Below are positions 13,647-25,931 of a stretch of 64,000 nt of DNA, in pieces. The position numbers and the translations under genes are program-made. Within the stretch, counting starts at the first letter, position 1. Each line of letters opens with the position of its first letter. Where the stretch lies: the NCBI GenBank assembly GCA_010093605.1, contig MU004197.1, positions 186,001 to 250,000 of the forward strand, written 5' to 3'. The notes under the pieces are model-generated. The model was not told the DNA's origin. It did no database searches and saw nothing but the letters and a program-made list of their open reading frames with translations. The DNA comes from Lophium mytilinum. Taxonomy: Eukaryota.

Positions 13647-14499
13647 TAATAATATAGCCTAACGCCTTAAGAATATTAAAGTCTATCTACGGGACTATAT
13701 TATATAGGCTTAAGAGAAATAAGCCTACTAGGCTAACTACTACTATAATACTGCTGCTAATATACGTATTAATAATATAGTCTAGCTTAACGCTAAAAAT
13801 ATTAAGCTAGATTACGCTAAAAAGGCGCTTAATAATAAGTTTATAGGCCCTTTTTAAGTTAATAAGGTTATTAATTAAGGCGCGGCCTTCTAATTAGACC
13901 TGCTATTTAATATAAAGATCTATAACGTCTTTTACCTATTACTACTATATCTAGACACCTCTAAGCCTATTAAAGGCTAGGACCGGCCTAAATCTATGCT
14001 ACTACCTAAGCTTATTTAATAAGAGGATGATAATAAGCTAGTAGAGGAATTTACAGTTGCCTAAATTATTAACTTACGTGTTAAAAATAATAACATTTAA
14101 TATAAAGTCTACTATATTAGTAGTGCACGGCTATATAGATTCTAGTAACTATCTAGAAACCTTAAGGGCTGCCTCTATAAGGTCTTTAACTTTTACTATT
14201 ATAGTCTATAGAAACCTAAACTGCCTGCTTACTTTATTAAACTAAAGAACTAGACTCTATCTACTTAGAACCTCTAGAATATTACTATATTATTATAATA
14301 GTCTAATACACCCTAAGATTCTGCACCGCCGTTAGATAGTAGAATTAATTAAGAACGCCTACCTATACTAGTTTTATTAGCACGCTCTACCTATATATAG
14401 AGCTATACCTATATTAGCTATCTAATATATAAGTTTAAATAGTAAGTCTTTTTTCTATAAAGTTTTTATAGAAGCTTAGTTTTTTAAAGGGGGGGCACA

Positions 14500-14716
14500 T
14501 GTTATATTATTTCTTAGCATTCTCTTAGTAGTTATTAAGGCTAGGGGTTATTATATATATAGACATTACGTAATCTCTAGGCTAAGAGTTCTTCTAGCGC
14601 CTAGAGTTCTACCGGCGCGCACTTATCTATATAGTAGGCTTATAGCTAAAGCCTCTTTTCTCTCTATATAACCTTATTAATAGAAATATAACTTCTTTCT
14701 AGCTATAAATCTAATA
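14500..14716 (+). repeat. 3' LTR
   Basis: Starts with TG just after the PPT; matches 4701-4917. Confidence 0.9.
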
Positions 14717-14721
14717 CTCTA

Positions 14722-17050
14722 TAGTACTACTTTCTTTCTAAATACCTTATTCTTTATACTAGGCGGCCGGCTATACTTCTTAGATATAGTAGTAGGTATA
14801 GTAGTAGGTATAGTAGTAGGTATAGATATAGATATAGTAGTAGAGAGAGCTCTAGATATAACTATATATTTAAACTTAGATAGATTAGTAAGTAAATTAT
14901 TAAATTCTATAATAGCTAGTATAGTAGCTAACTAAGAAGTACTCTAAGTAATAGAAGCTAGATAGAGGGCTATAAAAATAGGCGGTTTTAGTAGCTAAGC
15001 TATTAGTATATATTCTAGAGGCATGCCTATAGGTCTACTATATATAGCTACTATATCTATACCTATAAAAAGCTTAAATTTTAAGGGCTCTCTCTATATA
15101 CTATTATTTATATAGTAGCCTTTTAGCTTCTTTTTTAGGCGGCCCTTATAAACTAAAACTACTTTAGAATCTTATATATTTTTAAAAGAAAGCTCTATAG
15201 CTAGTTATAGAATATTAGGCTAGTTAAACTACTAGTAATAATTAATCTCTTAAGATTATATATATAGAACTCTATCCTTAATAATACTAAGCGCATAGTA
15301 GAGGTAATTATAGAGAGTATATATATATAGAAGGCTATAGATTTTTTTAAATATATATATATAGCCTTATAGCTAGTAGTTAGCTAATTTTACCTTATAT
15401 ATTTAAGGCTTATAAAGGTATAGTATATATAGTATAATTTTAAACTTAAGATTATAGAATTTAGGTATATTAACCTTATAAAGCTACCTAGTATATACTA
15501 TAGCCTTCTTATTTTTATAGATAGACTTACTATTAAGTATAAGATTAAGTATATTAAGAAGAATATTATATAGGTAGCTAGTAAAGACTTAAAGATACTA
15601 CTTAAGTATACTATAGCCGCCCTTATTTTATAATATAATACTATAAGAAATTAAGTTAGTATTATATACTTCTACTACTTCTTTATTTCTTAGTTATTCT
15701 TTAACCTATACTTTTATTCTCTTTAGTACTACTTATTTAGCACGTATATAGACTCTATATAAAGTTTAGATATTAAATTTAGATATTTTAATATTAAGAA
15801 AAATTACTTATATAGTACTAAAGTACTAAGTACTTTTTATATAGTAGTATACCTATTAGAACCTAACTAGCTACTACTTCTTATCTATATATATAATTAA
15901 CTCTAGCCTCTTTTTATAGTTCTTTTAAAGCTTCTTCTATATTTTTATAAACTTCTTATTATTAAGCTCTTTAACTATAGCGCTCTAGTAGCTAAGAAAC
16001 TTACTCTTTTTCTTCTATTTCTTCTTCTAGATAGCTACTTTCTCTTTATCTAATATAGGTATAGATAGCGCGCTACCTATAGTATATATAGGTGCCTTCT
16101 TATATACCTTAACTAGCTTAGTAGTAAAGTTCTTATTAATATACTATATATATAGTAGTTATAGAACGCCTAGCTACTTTACTTTTAAAGCCTTCTTTAG
16201 CGCGGCTTTTTTATCTATATAGAAAATATATAGGTATAGTAAATATACTTTAAAGAGGTTATAAAGCTACTATACTACCTAGTTATAGTTTAGATTCTTC
16301 TCTCTTAAAATAAAATAGAAGCTAATATTAAAGTTATAATTTATATAAGTTACGCCTATAATATATAGTAAGGGTATTCTAAAGTAGTTAGTCTTATATA
16401 TATAGTTAAGTAGTATAATATTATAGTTTAACTAAAGAAGCTTAATAGATATAGAATATATAAAGAAGAGGTAATCTATATAGCTTATATTATCTAGTAA
16501 ATAGCTATAGAAGAACTTACCCGCCTTACTATTACTACTATATATTTCTAATATATAAAGTAGTACCTAGATAGAACTATAGCTATTAAGAAGTTTTTTT
16601 CTATATTTCTTCTACTTATTATATATATTATCTTTAGTAATAGCTATACCCTTTTTAAGTAGCTTTATATAAGTTATATTAGGTGCGCCGCTATAGAAAA
16701 GATTATTATAGATAAGCTTTCTAACTTTCTCTATATATTCTAGCTAGCGTAGTACTAGTAAAGCTATTAATTTAAGTATAGCTTTATAGCTATAATAAGC
16801 GGCTTCTTCTATCTACTATATTTAGATTTCTTTTAGCTAGCATATAAGAGTTTCTTCTATAGTATAACTAGTCTTTTTACTTAATATATTATATATATAG
16901 TTTTTAGGCTCTAGTAGGTCTATAAAGATATATCTATACTATATTTTATATAACTTTAGCTATAGTTTTATCTAGTTTACTATAGTACTTTACTAAGCTA
17001 TAGCTCTATATAGAGGCGTATACTTATATAGTAGTATGCGCTTTCTCTAC
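14722..17050 (-). pseudogene. RIP-degraded MULE transposase of the outer element (approximate limits; 3' remainder lies left of 4700)
   Basis: DDE-domain relic motifs at ~16350-16440 and ~16120-16240 on the minus strand; many TAA/TAG stops. Confidence 0.75.
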
Positions 17051-17221
17051 TATAGTATAGTAGCTAAGTAGTAGTAGTAGAAAAGCTATAGTAAGAGATA
17101 GAGGGTATATATTATAGAGAATAAGAATAAGAATATAATAGATTATAGGCACACCGCACTTAAAGAGAGTATTTAAAATTTATAAGTAAGTTAAGCAAGC
17201 AAATTAGAGGCCTTAGAGGAC

Positions 17222-17322
17222 CTCTCCAGGCTAATTAGAAGACTGGACAAGATGGGGGGTGTACGCGCACTAAAAAGGGGGTGTACTTGCACCAATTAGG
17301 GGGTGTACCAGTACTAGCCCCC
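17222..17322 (-). repeat. Right TIR of outer MULE (largely unmutated)
   Basis: Inverted match to 4090-4190; retains CA/TG dinucleotides. Confidence 0.9.
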
Positions 17323-17563
17323 TTGCTAGGTCCCATACTCATCCGTCAGTGAATTCCAGAATCAAACACTGCGACAGAGTGTTACAACTCTAGGTAGCCA
17401 TATCACATTCACCACCGTAAGGCTGCATTTTGGTGGATAGAAAAGCTGCGGTCGCTTTCGTGAAACCATATCTTCTCTCCACACACGTCCTCTCACCACC
17501 CACCTCTATCCGCTGAACACCGCAACCGCTCCACGTACCACTGACCACTGACCGACCCTCAAC

Positions 17564-18991
17564 ATGCCGCCGCTGGATATGGATATGGATGGCCTGTCGC
17601 TGTTGTTCAGCCAACTTGGTCTTCGTTCGAAGCCATCTTTTCCTCGTCCAGTCGTTCCCAAGGATCTAAACGACCTTCCCGCCGAACTTCTTCATCTTGT
17701 GTGCAACTATCTCGACATCGTGGACTTGAAGTCCTTCCGATTGGCACATAAAAGATTCCGCGACATCGGCGTCAGCCACCTCTTCTGCGAGGCACGTCTC
17801 TGTTCTGACCTTGAGAGCTTGAAGCGCCTCGAACACGTCGCCAGTCATCCCATTGCGAAGCATGTCAAGTCGCTTGACTGTGTCGCAAAGGTGCCAAAGG
17901 GTTACTTTGGAATGGAATTGGTCATGAGCACAGACTTCGAATACACTCGAGGCTTAATTCTTGCAGAAAATGCAGGCGGGGAAGCAGCGTATCAGGAATT
18001 CATACAGGCGTGGACGAAAGCTTGGGGACACTATCCAGGGGCTCTAGGCCAATCACCTTGCCTTTCGGTTCTCTTGAAGGGTTTAGTCTCCCTTGAGTCG
18101 ATCAAATTCTCCGCTGGCACTCCGATAGTGCCAAACACACCCACACACCGTACTTGCACCTATCTTCACCACGGTCGATTCTTTGTTGGTGTATTGAGAG
18201 CGTGCCAGCTAGCCGGTGTGGCATTGGAGAAGCTAGTTTTCTCAGACGTAAATGAGAGAATCCTGCATCTTGTCAACTATCGGGAACACTCACGTGAGCT
18301 TAACAAATTCCCGTGTCTCTGGAGGGTTCCGAACGGGTATGAGCTTCGGAACATCCTGACATCTCTCACGACCCTCAAGCTTCGTATAGGCAATATCTGG
18401 ACTCGCAGATGGCCACACGCGCCACATGTACGCGACAACTTTGCCACAGTCCTCAGCAATATGTCAAATCTCCAGGTTCTGGACATTGCCTTTCTCGACA
18501 TACCGGCCTTGCTCAGCAGTGTCCTTAGGGAGTCTCTCTGGCCGACTTTGGAGTCGTTGTCGCTTGGTTACGTCGGTATCCATGAACCGCACTTCATGTC
18601 GTTCCTCGAGAAGCACACATCCTCTCTGAAGGTTCTCGAGCTGAACAACATAATCCTTGTTGGCAGTTGCGGACAGAATATACTTCGACCGCTCCGGGAC
18701 TGGGTGATGCGCAGCAAACTGGAGTTTATCTCTGTTAAGGGTCCCCTACGTGAGATCCATCCTATCGAGCGTGCGCACGAAGATGAGGACGCCCTCAATT
18801 TACGATGCAAAGAAGCCGATTGGAAGCCGGACCGCAATGAGATCAACCTGCACGTATTGAAGTACCTTACATATGGACAAGGCTTGACGCACGATGCCGA
18901 AGTAACTCAAGCGGCTCTCACAGGAATCCATGAGGCTATCTACGAGGCACCTGCCTCCTGTGGAACGGTTACGCTTGCGAAGTCCGGATAA
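17564..18991 (+). CDS. F-box-like / LRR(RNI)-like protein, family A copy 1
   Basis: 475-aa ORF; LNDLPAELLHLVCNYLD..LKSFRL..HLF.E F-box-like motif; C-terminal LESLSL / LKVLEL leucine-rich repeats. Confidence 0.85.
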   Translation: MPPLDMDMDGLSLLFSQLGLRSKPSFPRPVVPKDLNDLPAELLHLVCNYLDIVDLKSFRLAHKRFRDIGVSHLFCEARLCSDLESLKRLEHVASHPIAKHVKSLDCVAKVPKGYFGMELVMSTDFEYTRGLILAENAGGEAAYQEFIQAWTKAWGHYPGALGQSPCLSVLLKGLVSLESIKFSAGTPIVPNTPTHRTCTYLHHGRFFVGVLRACQLAGVALEKLVFSDVNERILHLVNYREHSRELNKFPCLWRVPNGYELRNILTSLTTLKLRIGNIWTRRWPHAPHVRDNFATVLSNMSNLQVLDIAFLDIPALLSSVLRESLWPTLESLSLGYVGIHEPHFMSFLEKHTSSLKVLELNNIILVGSCGQNILRPLRDWVMRSKLEFISVKGPLREIHPIERAHEDEDALNLRCKEADWKPDRNEINLHVLKYLTYGQGLTHDAEVTQAALTGIHEAIYEAPASCGTVTLAKSG

Positions 18992-19840
18992 CGGGATTGG
19001 TTATTCGTGGAGCTACTATGGTGGTACTTAGTTCGGGTGTTGTTGTTTACCATCACCGAAATGGGAGGGCCGCAGGACACACGCGGCATTGCCCTGAGTG
19101 AATACTGAAGTTTCACATTGTCCTTTGGAGACGAATATTGGCCTCCACCAGAAATACACTACTATGACAGAAGTGTGGGCACCAGGAGATATCACTGATT
19201 TGGCTCCAGTCTCGCCCTATCAGCACTACTGCAGAAGAGACCACAGAATGGCGGGTATACTTTCAGTCAAACGGCAGCTTAATCTCCACTTCATCAGCCT
19301 ATACATCATTTCAGCCACAGAAAAGCCAAGGTACCCTAAGAGACCGTACGGAGTGCCCAAACTTATGTCTCGGTGCTGCATCCTTCTGCCATGCATTTTC
19401 GATACCCTTCATGGGTTAGTACTGAAACGGTATTTCATAGGTGTTCATATCCAGAAATACCGCACACATGGTTCGTAGCTGAAAATAGTAGATAGCCCGA
19501 ATTGGTCGAACATGTAATAAGTCTCTTCACAACCTTGAATTTGCATCATGATTTTAGTATTTGGGTGACTACGCTGCCTTACGCATTCCTGCGAAGGAAA
19601 AGGGGAAAATGAATGGAGTGAATTGAAACATCGCGTCCTATGTCCTCCCTTATATACTGATGTCTCACAGCTCGTGGAGTGGAGTACCGATATGGCGTTA
19701 GTCGTAATGCGAAGAACCCTATGATACGCTGAGAACTCAAGATAATTATAGGTAGGGTAACTATGGCGTGTAGTCGTCAGATTCCTCCTTCAGCAGAAAT
19801 TCAAATCCTCTTGTCCTAGCAGGGAGGAGCGATGTAGAGG

Positions 19841-19937
19841 TGGCAGGCATGTGTACATAGCCTCACCTTCCTCCCGACTTCTCCTTCACTTCTACATCAT
19901 CATCATTTTCATCGAATACACCACATGCAACGTCTGC
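19841..19937 (+). promoter_or_regulatory. Shared core-promoter/5'UTR element (CCTCACCTTCCTCC...CATCATCAT)
   Basis: Similar to 50790-50880 and 52635-52745, upstream of family B genes. Confidence 0.5.
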
Positions 19938-20085
19938 TTGAATGAATACAGCACGTACAGCATCGACTCTCTTTACCAGCGAGTATATCAATACAGCGCG
20001 CGTCATATTCGAGCCCATCCTTAACAAACATCGCGCCTTTAGGATCTTGGAACGGGCCATCAGACCACATACACCAACTATCAGC

Positions 20086-21713
20086 ATGATCGGGATAGGC
20101 GAGGCTATTGACGAGCAACGGCAGGGTCAAGTTTCAGTCGCCAAAGACGACGTTCCACCACCTGCCGGCACGTCTTTCGGGCAACCTAGCCTCGAAGTCC
20201 GGGGGCCTATTGGTATAAACCTCCCCGCCGAGGTGGTTCACCTAGTCTGTAATTACTTAGACGTCAAAACGTTGAAGTCTCTGCGCCTCGCTAGCAGGAA
20301 GTTCGACGACATTGGCATTTGCCACCTGTTTTCGGAGATATCCGTGGGTGCCACCAGGGCTAGTCTTCGCCGTCTCAGCCAGGTGGCTGGATATCCATGC
20401 TTTGCGAAGCGAGTGAAAACGCTCGAATGTTATGGAACTGCCGTAATGGAGAACAATCGCACTGCTTATACCGTGTGGCAATCTCATCTGCGAACAGTCA
20501 TCTACCAAGCCTTGATGTTGATCGCAAATGGGGCCGATTTACTGGAATATTCGAGGTCCGCAACCACCCCAGAAACCCGTCGGACGGCTCGAAAGAAAGC
20601 GATGGCATACCCGGAATTCAAATGGTTTAGGAAAGAAATGGCGGGAACACCAGAGGTACGTACGATATGAGGCGCTGTATCTTAAGTCATGTATACGAGA
20701 GCACTTTCAGACCGGTCGTCCTCCTCCTCTTTGTAGAAAAGCACTAACATGTCTTGGCATTGCCGTAGGACTTTGCAGCAAAAACCATGAGCATGGTCAC
20801 ATGGCTGAAAGCCATGCCAAACCTCAAAGCGATCAAGTATTCGGCTGCCCCTTCTGCTGGCCGAGGCCACGATCTGGACTGTGGCGCTACTGGACTCTTC
20901 ACACTTTTGACGGCTTGCCACACTGCTGGGGTGAAACTCGATACCCTAGACATTCGATTGATTGGTATCGAGTTTGTATATTACTGGCTCACCCGTCGGA
21001 TTCAAGGAACATGTGGTGTCGGCCGCGAGCTTGATTTCGCGAGCGAGACCATCGCGCTCATGCAAGGATCCTTGTTTAGCTTGAAAAGCCTCACGCTCCA
21101 CATGCTATTCGATGAAGGCATCAGGACATTTAGAGCTGCTCGGGTCATGTACCAAGGCCTCCTTCGGCGTACTTTACACGGTATGACAAACCTCAAAGTC
21201 CTCGATATTGCCTTCGATCCTTTGCCGAATGCTAGAGAGAAGGTCATGATTCTCCGGCTGGCCGAGATTCTACGGCCGGGACATTTGAAGCACTTAGAAT
21301 CGTTGTCCATAGCTGGTATGTACGTCGGAGCTCCGAGGTTCCTGAAATTGCTCGAGGGCTGGATATCTACACTGAAGGTCCTCCACATCAGGCGGATTGT
21401 ACTGAAGCACCGCTGGAAAAAACATCTTCCGTTACTCAAGGAATGGGTTTCCCGAAGTCAACTCCAGTCCTTCAACTTCCGGGGCCCATTGCTTGAATAC
21501 GACGCCATCACTTATAGAGTCTTCCAGATTGGGCCTTTCGGGGGGAGAGAGTGCCCTTCCGATATTGAGGATGATCTGATGAACTGGAGGGTGGTAAATT
21601 ACCTGATGCACGGAGGACCATTTCCATGGGGCTGGCAAGATTGTAAATCCACCGCCTGCTTGCAAATGGGCCATGAAGACGTGACGCCCCGGGCACCAGA
21701 ACAACAGGCTTGA
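20086..21713 (+). CDS. F-box-like / LRR-like protein, family A copy 2 (2 exons; intron 20656-20768; alternative in-frame ATG at 19942)
   Basis: LPAEVVHLVCNYLDVKTLKSLRL motif. A phase-0 GTACGT...CTAAC...TAG intron joins ORFs 19942-20670 and 20787-21713 in frame. Confidence 0.85.
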
Positions 21714-23116
21714 GCGAGGGAATGATATCTCTATAGCTCTAACATTCGCTCTTCGGATATGGATATTCAGAAGGGAAAAGGTCTGGGTGGATAAGCACTA
21801 TTGCATGGGGCTTCGATAAACTCGCAATCGTTTTCGTGTCCCCGGCAACTCTATGACAGCACTATGCCGGGAGGATTAGGAAATGATCCAGCCCTCGTAA
21901 ACAGACACAGGCATAGAAACAATGATACATGTACACCCTGTGATAACTTGATTAAGGGAAAGACATATTGTTCGATAAGAAAACCAGACCGCGAAGAGTG
22001 GGCTTTGTAAACAGTGCATGTGAATTGACGCGAGCTCTTCGCCTGTCCTGCGACCTCATTGCCGCAATCTACCCAGCTAATACTCTTTCAAAATGAATGA
22101 GATTCCTTCTTACTAGATATCCCTACACTGAATCATTCATGGACGGGGACTCTGATGGCTTTTTCGAACCCTAAGCAAGGAAGAAGTTCGGTAAGCTGCT
22201 AACTAGGAAACTCGCGTGTTGAACCAGTAGATATAAGAAAGGTCTATGCAAATCGGGTGTATATTCGGTATCCCTGGTAACTACTAGTACATCGGTGCTC
22301 CACAAACAGTGGCAGGCAGGTAGAGAATACTGGTATATCTTGGTTTGATTTGGGGGGAGTTGCATCCGGAGAGGGCTGGGAATGTAGTGTTTAGGTATTA
22401 GTTTTGGGGAGGGCTTGACGCCGTCTGAGGTGCCCTGACGAGCTTTTGGCTTTCCAAAACTGCCGATCTCCGAACTATGATGACCTGCCGAGCACCTCAG
22501 ACGGTAGCACGCAAGTGGAAAATCTTGGTATACCATGGCTTGATTTTGACACGATGGGTTGGTGTGAGCTAGATTGAACATGAAGTAGCAAATTGTTTGA
22601 CGCCGTCTGAGGTGGCCCAGTGAGCCTCACCACCAATGGTAGATAGCGGATGTAGGTGATCAAACGGTGCTTCCACAATACAATAGCAAGAATAGACACC
22701 GTTCCTGCCATGACAAGAGAATATGCATTAGTGTTGTTCCATAGTCTGTGACTTCTTGTATTGATATAGAGTGGCGTGAGGGGCGCAATATCGTACTAGT
22801 TGCAAATATAGTACGTTCCAAGGCATATTCAAGGTAAATAAACATGGCTGACATAGTCTGATGCTTGACCTGCGTGGTCACGTGGACTGTGAAAGCCTTG
22901 CTACCCACGTGACGCGACAATGTTCATTGTTAAATCACGGCGAAAGAAGATTCACCCGCATCGACTAACATCGCTCACGTCAAAGCCTCGTCGGCCCATC
23001 CACGTTCCCCTACTAAGAACCACGGACTGGTTCCAGGATCTACTTGTTCAACCACCTCATCACCACCACCCCCGGAACCCTCTTCAAGCCCACCACATTA
23101 CTCCCAGGCATTCAGC

Positions 23117-24721
23117 ATGCCACCAACCGACCCCCCACCCGAGGGCACAGACCATGGCGCCATGTCTCCTAAGCTAGAAAAGCGTCCGATTCTCACGCCG
23201 AAGACCAGACGCCGCCCCGAAGACCCGGTGGATACCCTAGTCGAGCTACTGGGCAAATTCAAGCTCCATCGAAGCCCTACAGCTGTCCCGCCGCAGGCCG
23301 AAAATACTCCTCTCGAGCTTAGTCCCAATGTCAACGTGTTTACTGCCGGTGGCGTAGTCAGGCAGCCCGTCGTGAACGGACCTACGACATCCCTCAACGG
23401 CCTGCCTCCGGAGCTGATACATCAAGTCTGCAATTATTTGGACGTCCCAGGGCTGAAAAATTTCCGGCTCACGGACTCGAGGTCCAACGAGATCGCCGTA
23501 TGCCATCTATTCTCCGAGGGGTCTTTCAGTGCCAGCGAGATTAGTCTTAGACGGCTGAAGGCACTGAGCTCACACACCCAGTACGCCAAGTACGTCAAGA
23601 AACTGGAATTCGTCGGCACTTCTGATCGTGGCTCTTTCGACTGGGCTAGCATGTTCCGCTTGGGAAGAAACGAGACGCCGGAGACCCTGACCGCCGAAGA
23701 TAGCTACCCTCTCGATGTCCGTGCAGACGAGCTGGGTACTCTCTCTGATCAATTGAGGTTAGCCATGGGGCCGAGATTCCTTCTTACCCTCCAGAAGATG
23801 CCTACTTTGCGTTCCATCAAACATTGCAATGGTCCTCTGACACTACCTTGGCACAGAAAATCGAACGATTCCATCATATCTCTGTTGTTCTCGTGCGCGT
23901 TCAGTCAAATCAAACTCGAGCATCTAGAGATTGAGATGAATAAGAGTGACGACATAAGAGGCTGGGGATGTCTCACCGATTTCAGGCTTCGGGGTAGTGA
24001 AGGGGTAATGAGGGTCTTTAGATCATTAAAACTGATGGCATTGGCTCATTTGACTCAATTCACTTACAAGTCCTTACGGGATGGCTGGAAGGGATTCGGT
24101 TTCGACGGCAAGATGTTGGGTAAGCTTCTTATCGAAATGGTGAGCCTGGAGGAGTTGGAGATCACATTCCTACCCAGTGGCCCCGAGGTCACAGAATGGA
24201 GTATGCGTTTTGCACTGCAGAACGTGCTGGGCTCGATTGGACGGTCAAATGTAACTGGTCTCAAGTCATTGACTTTGAGCGGGATGCGTATGGGAGTTGA
24301 ACATATGTTCTCTTTTATAAACAAGAATATCGGCACTCTCCAACACCTGCAGTTGGGAAAGATGGTTCTCGAGGGCGGGCAATGGAGGGAAGCGCTTCCA
24401 AGGCTTCGCGATTGGATTCACACAAGCAATATCGAGACACTCAGCATTAGAGGAAGGCGGCTCGAAGTTAACGACTACGAGCAGATCTGGCCGAAATTTG
24501 ATGGAAACATCGGCGTGGAGGCCGACATGTCGGTACAATCAGACATTGTCGACTACTTGCTAAATGATGGGCACGACCTACGGGGAGAGTTCTTGTCTTT
24601 GACTTTCCAAGTTCTCATGGATGACACGGGGCATTTCTCCACTGATTGGAATACGGAATTAGACCTTGGGATATCGCCATACTTCTCCGTATGGGACTTG
24701 CGTCACCCGAACCCTTGGTAG
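23117..24721 (+). CDS. F-box-like / LRR-like protein, family A copy 3
   Basis: 534-aa ORF; LNGLPPELIHQVCNYLD..LKNFRL..HLFSE; same C-terminal motifs as other A copies. Confidence 0.88.
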   Translation: MPPTDPPPEGTDHGAMSPKLEKRPILTPKTRRRPEDPVDTLVELLGKFKLHRSPTAVPPQAENTPLELSPNVNVFTAGGVVRQPVVNGPTTSLNGLPPELIHQVCNYLDVPGLKNFRLTDSRSNEIAVCHLFSEGSFSASEISLRRLKALSSHTQYAKYVKKLEFVGTSDRGSFDWASMFRLGRNETPETLTAEDSYPLDVRADELGTLSDQLRLAMGPRFLLTLQKMPTLRSIKHCNGPLTLPWHRKSNDSIISLLFSCAFSQIKLEHLEIEMNKSDDIRGWGCLTDFRLRGSEGVMRVFRSLKLMALAHLTQFTYKSLRDGWKGFGFDGKMLGKLLIEMVSLEELEITFLPSGPEVTEWSMRFALQNVLGSIGRSNVTGLKSLTLSGMRMGVEHMFSFINKNIGTLQHLQLGKMVLEGGQWREALPRLRDWIHTSNIETLSIRGRRLEVNDYEQIWPKFDGNIGVEADMSVQSDIVDYLLNDGHDLRGEFLSLTFQVLMDDTGHFSTDWNTELDLGISPYFSVWDLRHPNPW

Positions 24722-25931
24722 TAAGCCTTTGTTGCACTAGATTGCAATTAGTTTAGCTTGCATATACAGGTGGATTGCATGCTGGTCTTTGGCGAACATA
24801 GCTTGCACTATAATATTTGAATTGATATAACACCCTCCAACAATGAATTCACCCTGAGTTTCTTGAATATATGTATTCGTGGATTAATAGTTCAGCTGCA
24901 TCATCGCACGGCGCTCTGAGGTTGCTCTCATCTAATATTTCTCTATATACTTACTGAGATACGGTGATATCATATATTCAGGTTGTACGCCTGTGTTGGA
25001 GTGACCAGTCTTTCTCTTCCCCGTGAGAGCCACTGTCACGATTCCCACTGTCATGGAATCAAATTCACGGAACAAGGAGATATAGGCCGTGTACGTGATG
25101 TGTTAGACCAAGGATGATGATGGAGAGCAGAGGTTTGGAGGAACGTAGGTTTTATACAATAGGTAACAAGTGCCTGCCGTAGCCCTCACCGCTACTGCCT
25201 GACACCCAAACACAAGCGACAATAGATTGCATATCCAACCGCGCCCCCTGATCACGATCCGTTAGGATATAGAGATTGAAATGGACCACCTAAGCTGACA
25301 AGAAGACGGATACGAGTTTCTCAACGCTACCATGCTCGCTAAAGCTAAATGAATCGATACCTTCTAAACAGATTAATACACTTATGTAAATACAGTATAG
25401 GTGAAGTTTCTGAGTAATGTACACACCTATGACACATATGGGTAAGAATCGTGACATCCTACAGAACTCCGAAGGCGCCTCACCTCCAATCCGTGCCGAA
25501 ACTTTAAATCAAATTAGATAACAGGCACTGAGGACTGTAGTATAGTTTAGTTTGGTGTCTTTCCCGTCGGCTCCCATGTATAATCTAGCTATAATTGTGG
25601 ATATCATCGGTCCCGTTCGTGCGAAGTTCTTACACAATGCTCCTCCATGTCAGAATACTTCACGTGCCAAGGAGTGACTGCTACGTGCAACGGCCTTGGT
25701 GAAAGAGGGCACATAGAATGCGTACCCTGAGCCTACCTGCGATCATCACAGTGAAGGTGAACCAGGGAACCAGCTCTCCGCGCATAAAACCCTGATCATG
25801 TTTCAGTATTCCTTCCACATCACACTCGGAGCCCCAGACACCACCACACACCAACCCACCATCTTCTTCCAGCACACGAGGCTCCCCAAATATCTCACCG
25901 TAGCGTGTATACCAACTACTACCCCCTCGTC

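Larger units (their letters stand above)
4701..14716 (+). mobile_element. Ty3/Gypsy LTR retrotransposon (chromovirus-like), RIP-inactivated
   Basis: 217-bp direct LTRs; 5-bp TSD CTCTA (4696-4700, 14717-14721); polypurine tract AAAGGGGGGG at ~14486-14495. Relic motifs in RT-RH-IN order: YLDNFYLAYIDNILVF (~8797-8844, RT YxDD), DAFNYIAIGVFS and AECNYKIYNKKLLAII (~9283-9426, RNase H), AFHPEIDS*IE (~10555, integrase), EEFTVA*IINLR..YKV (~14044-14110, chromodomain-like). Confidence 0.92.
4090..17322 (-). mobile_element. Mutator/MULE DNA transposon (outer element), RIP-inactivated, carrying nested insertions
   Basis: Inverted termini GGGGGCTAGTAC... at 4090 and ...GTACTAGCCCCC at 17322. TSD TTACTAGG (4082-4089) / TTGCTAGG (17323-17330). 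Minus-strand relic reads LLNYIYKTNYFRIPLLYIIGVT and IDKKAALKKAL...LLYI*YINKN, i.e. RIP'd LLDCTYKTN..MPLL and TD.E.AL...LLC.WH MULE motifs. Confidence 0.9.

Noticed and set aside
14057..14245. 62-aa ORF in the AT-rich block
   Set aside because: Chance open frame in RIP-degraded retrotransposon DNA, out of frame with the chromodomain-like relic.
4020..17200. AT-rich block as centromere, organellar insertion or foreign DNA
   Set aside because: Fully explained by three RIP'd transposons with identifiable termini; CA/TG depletion and TA excess are the RIP signature.
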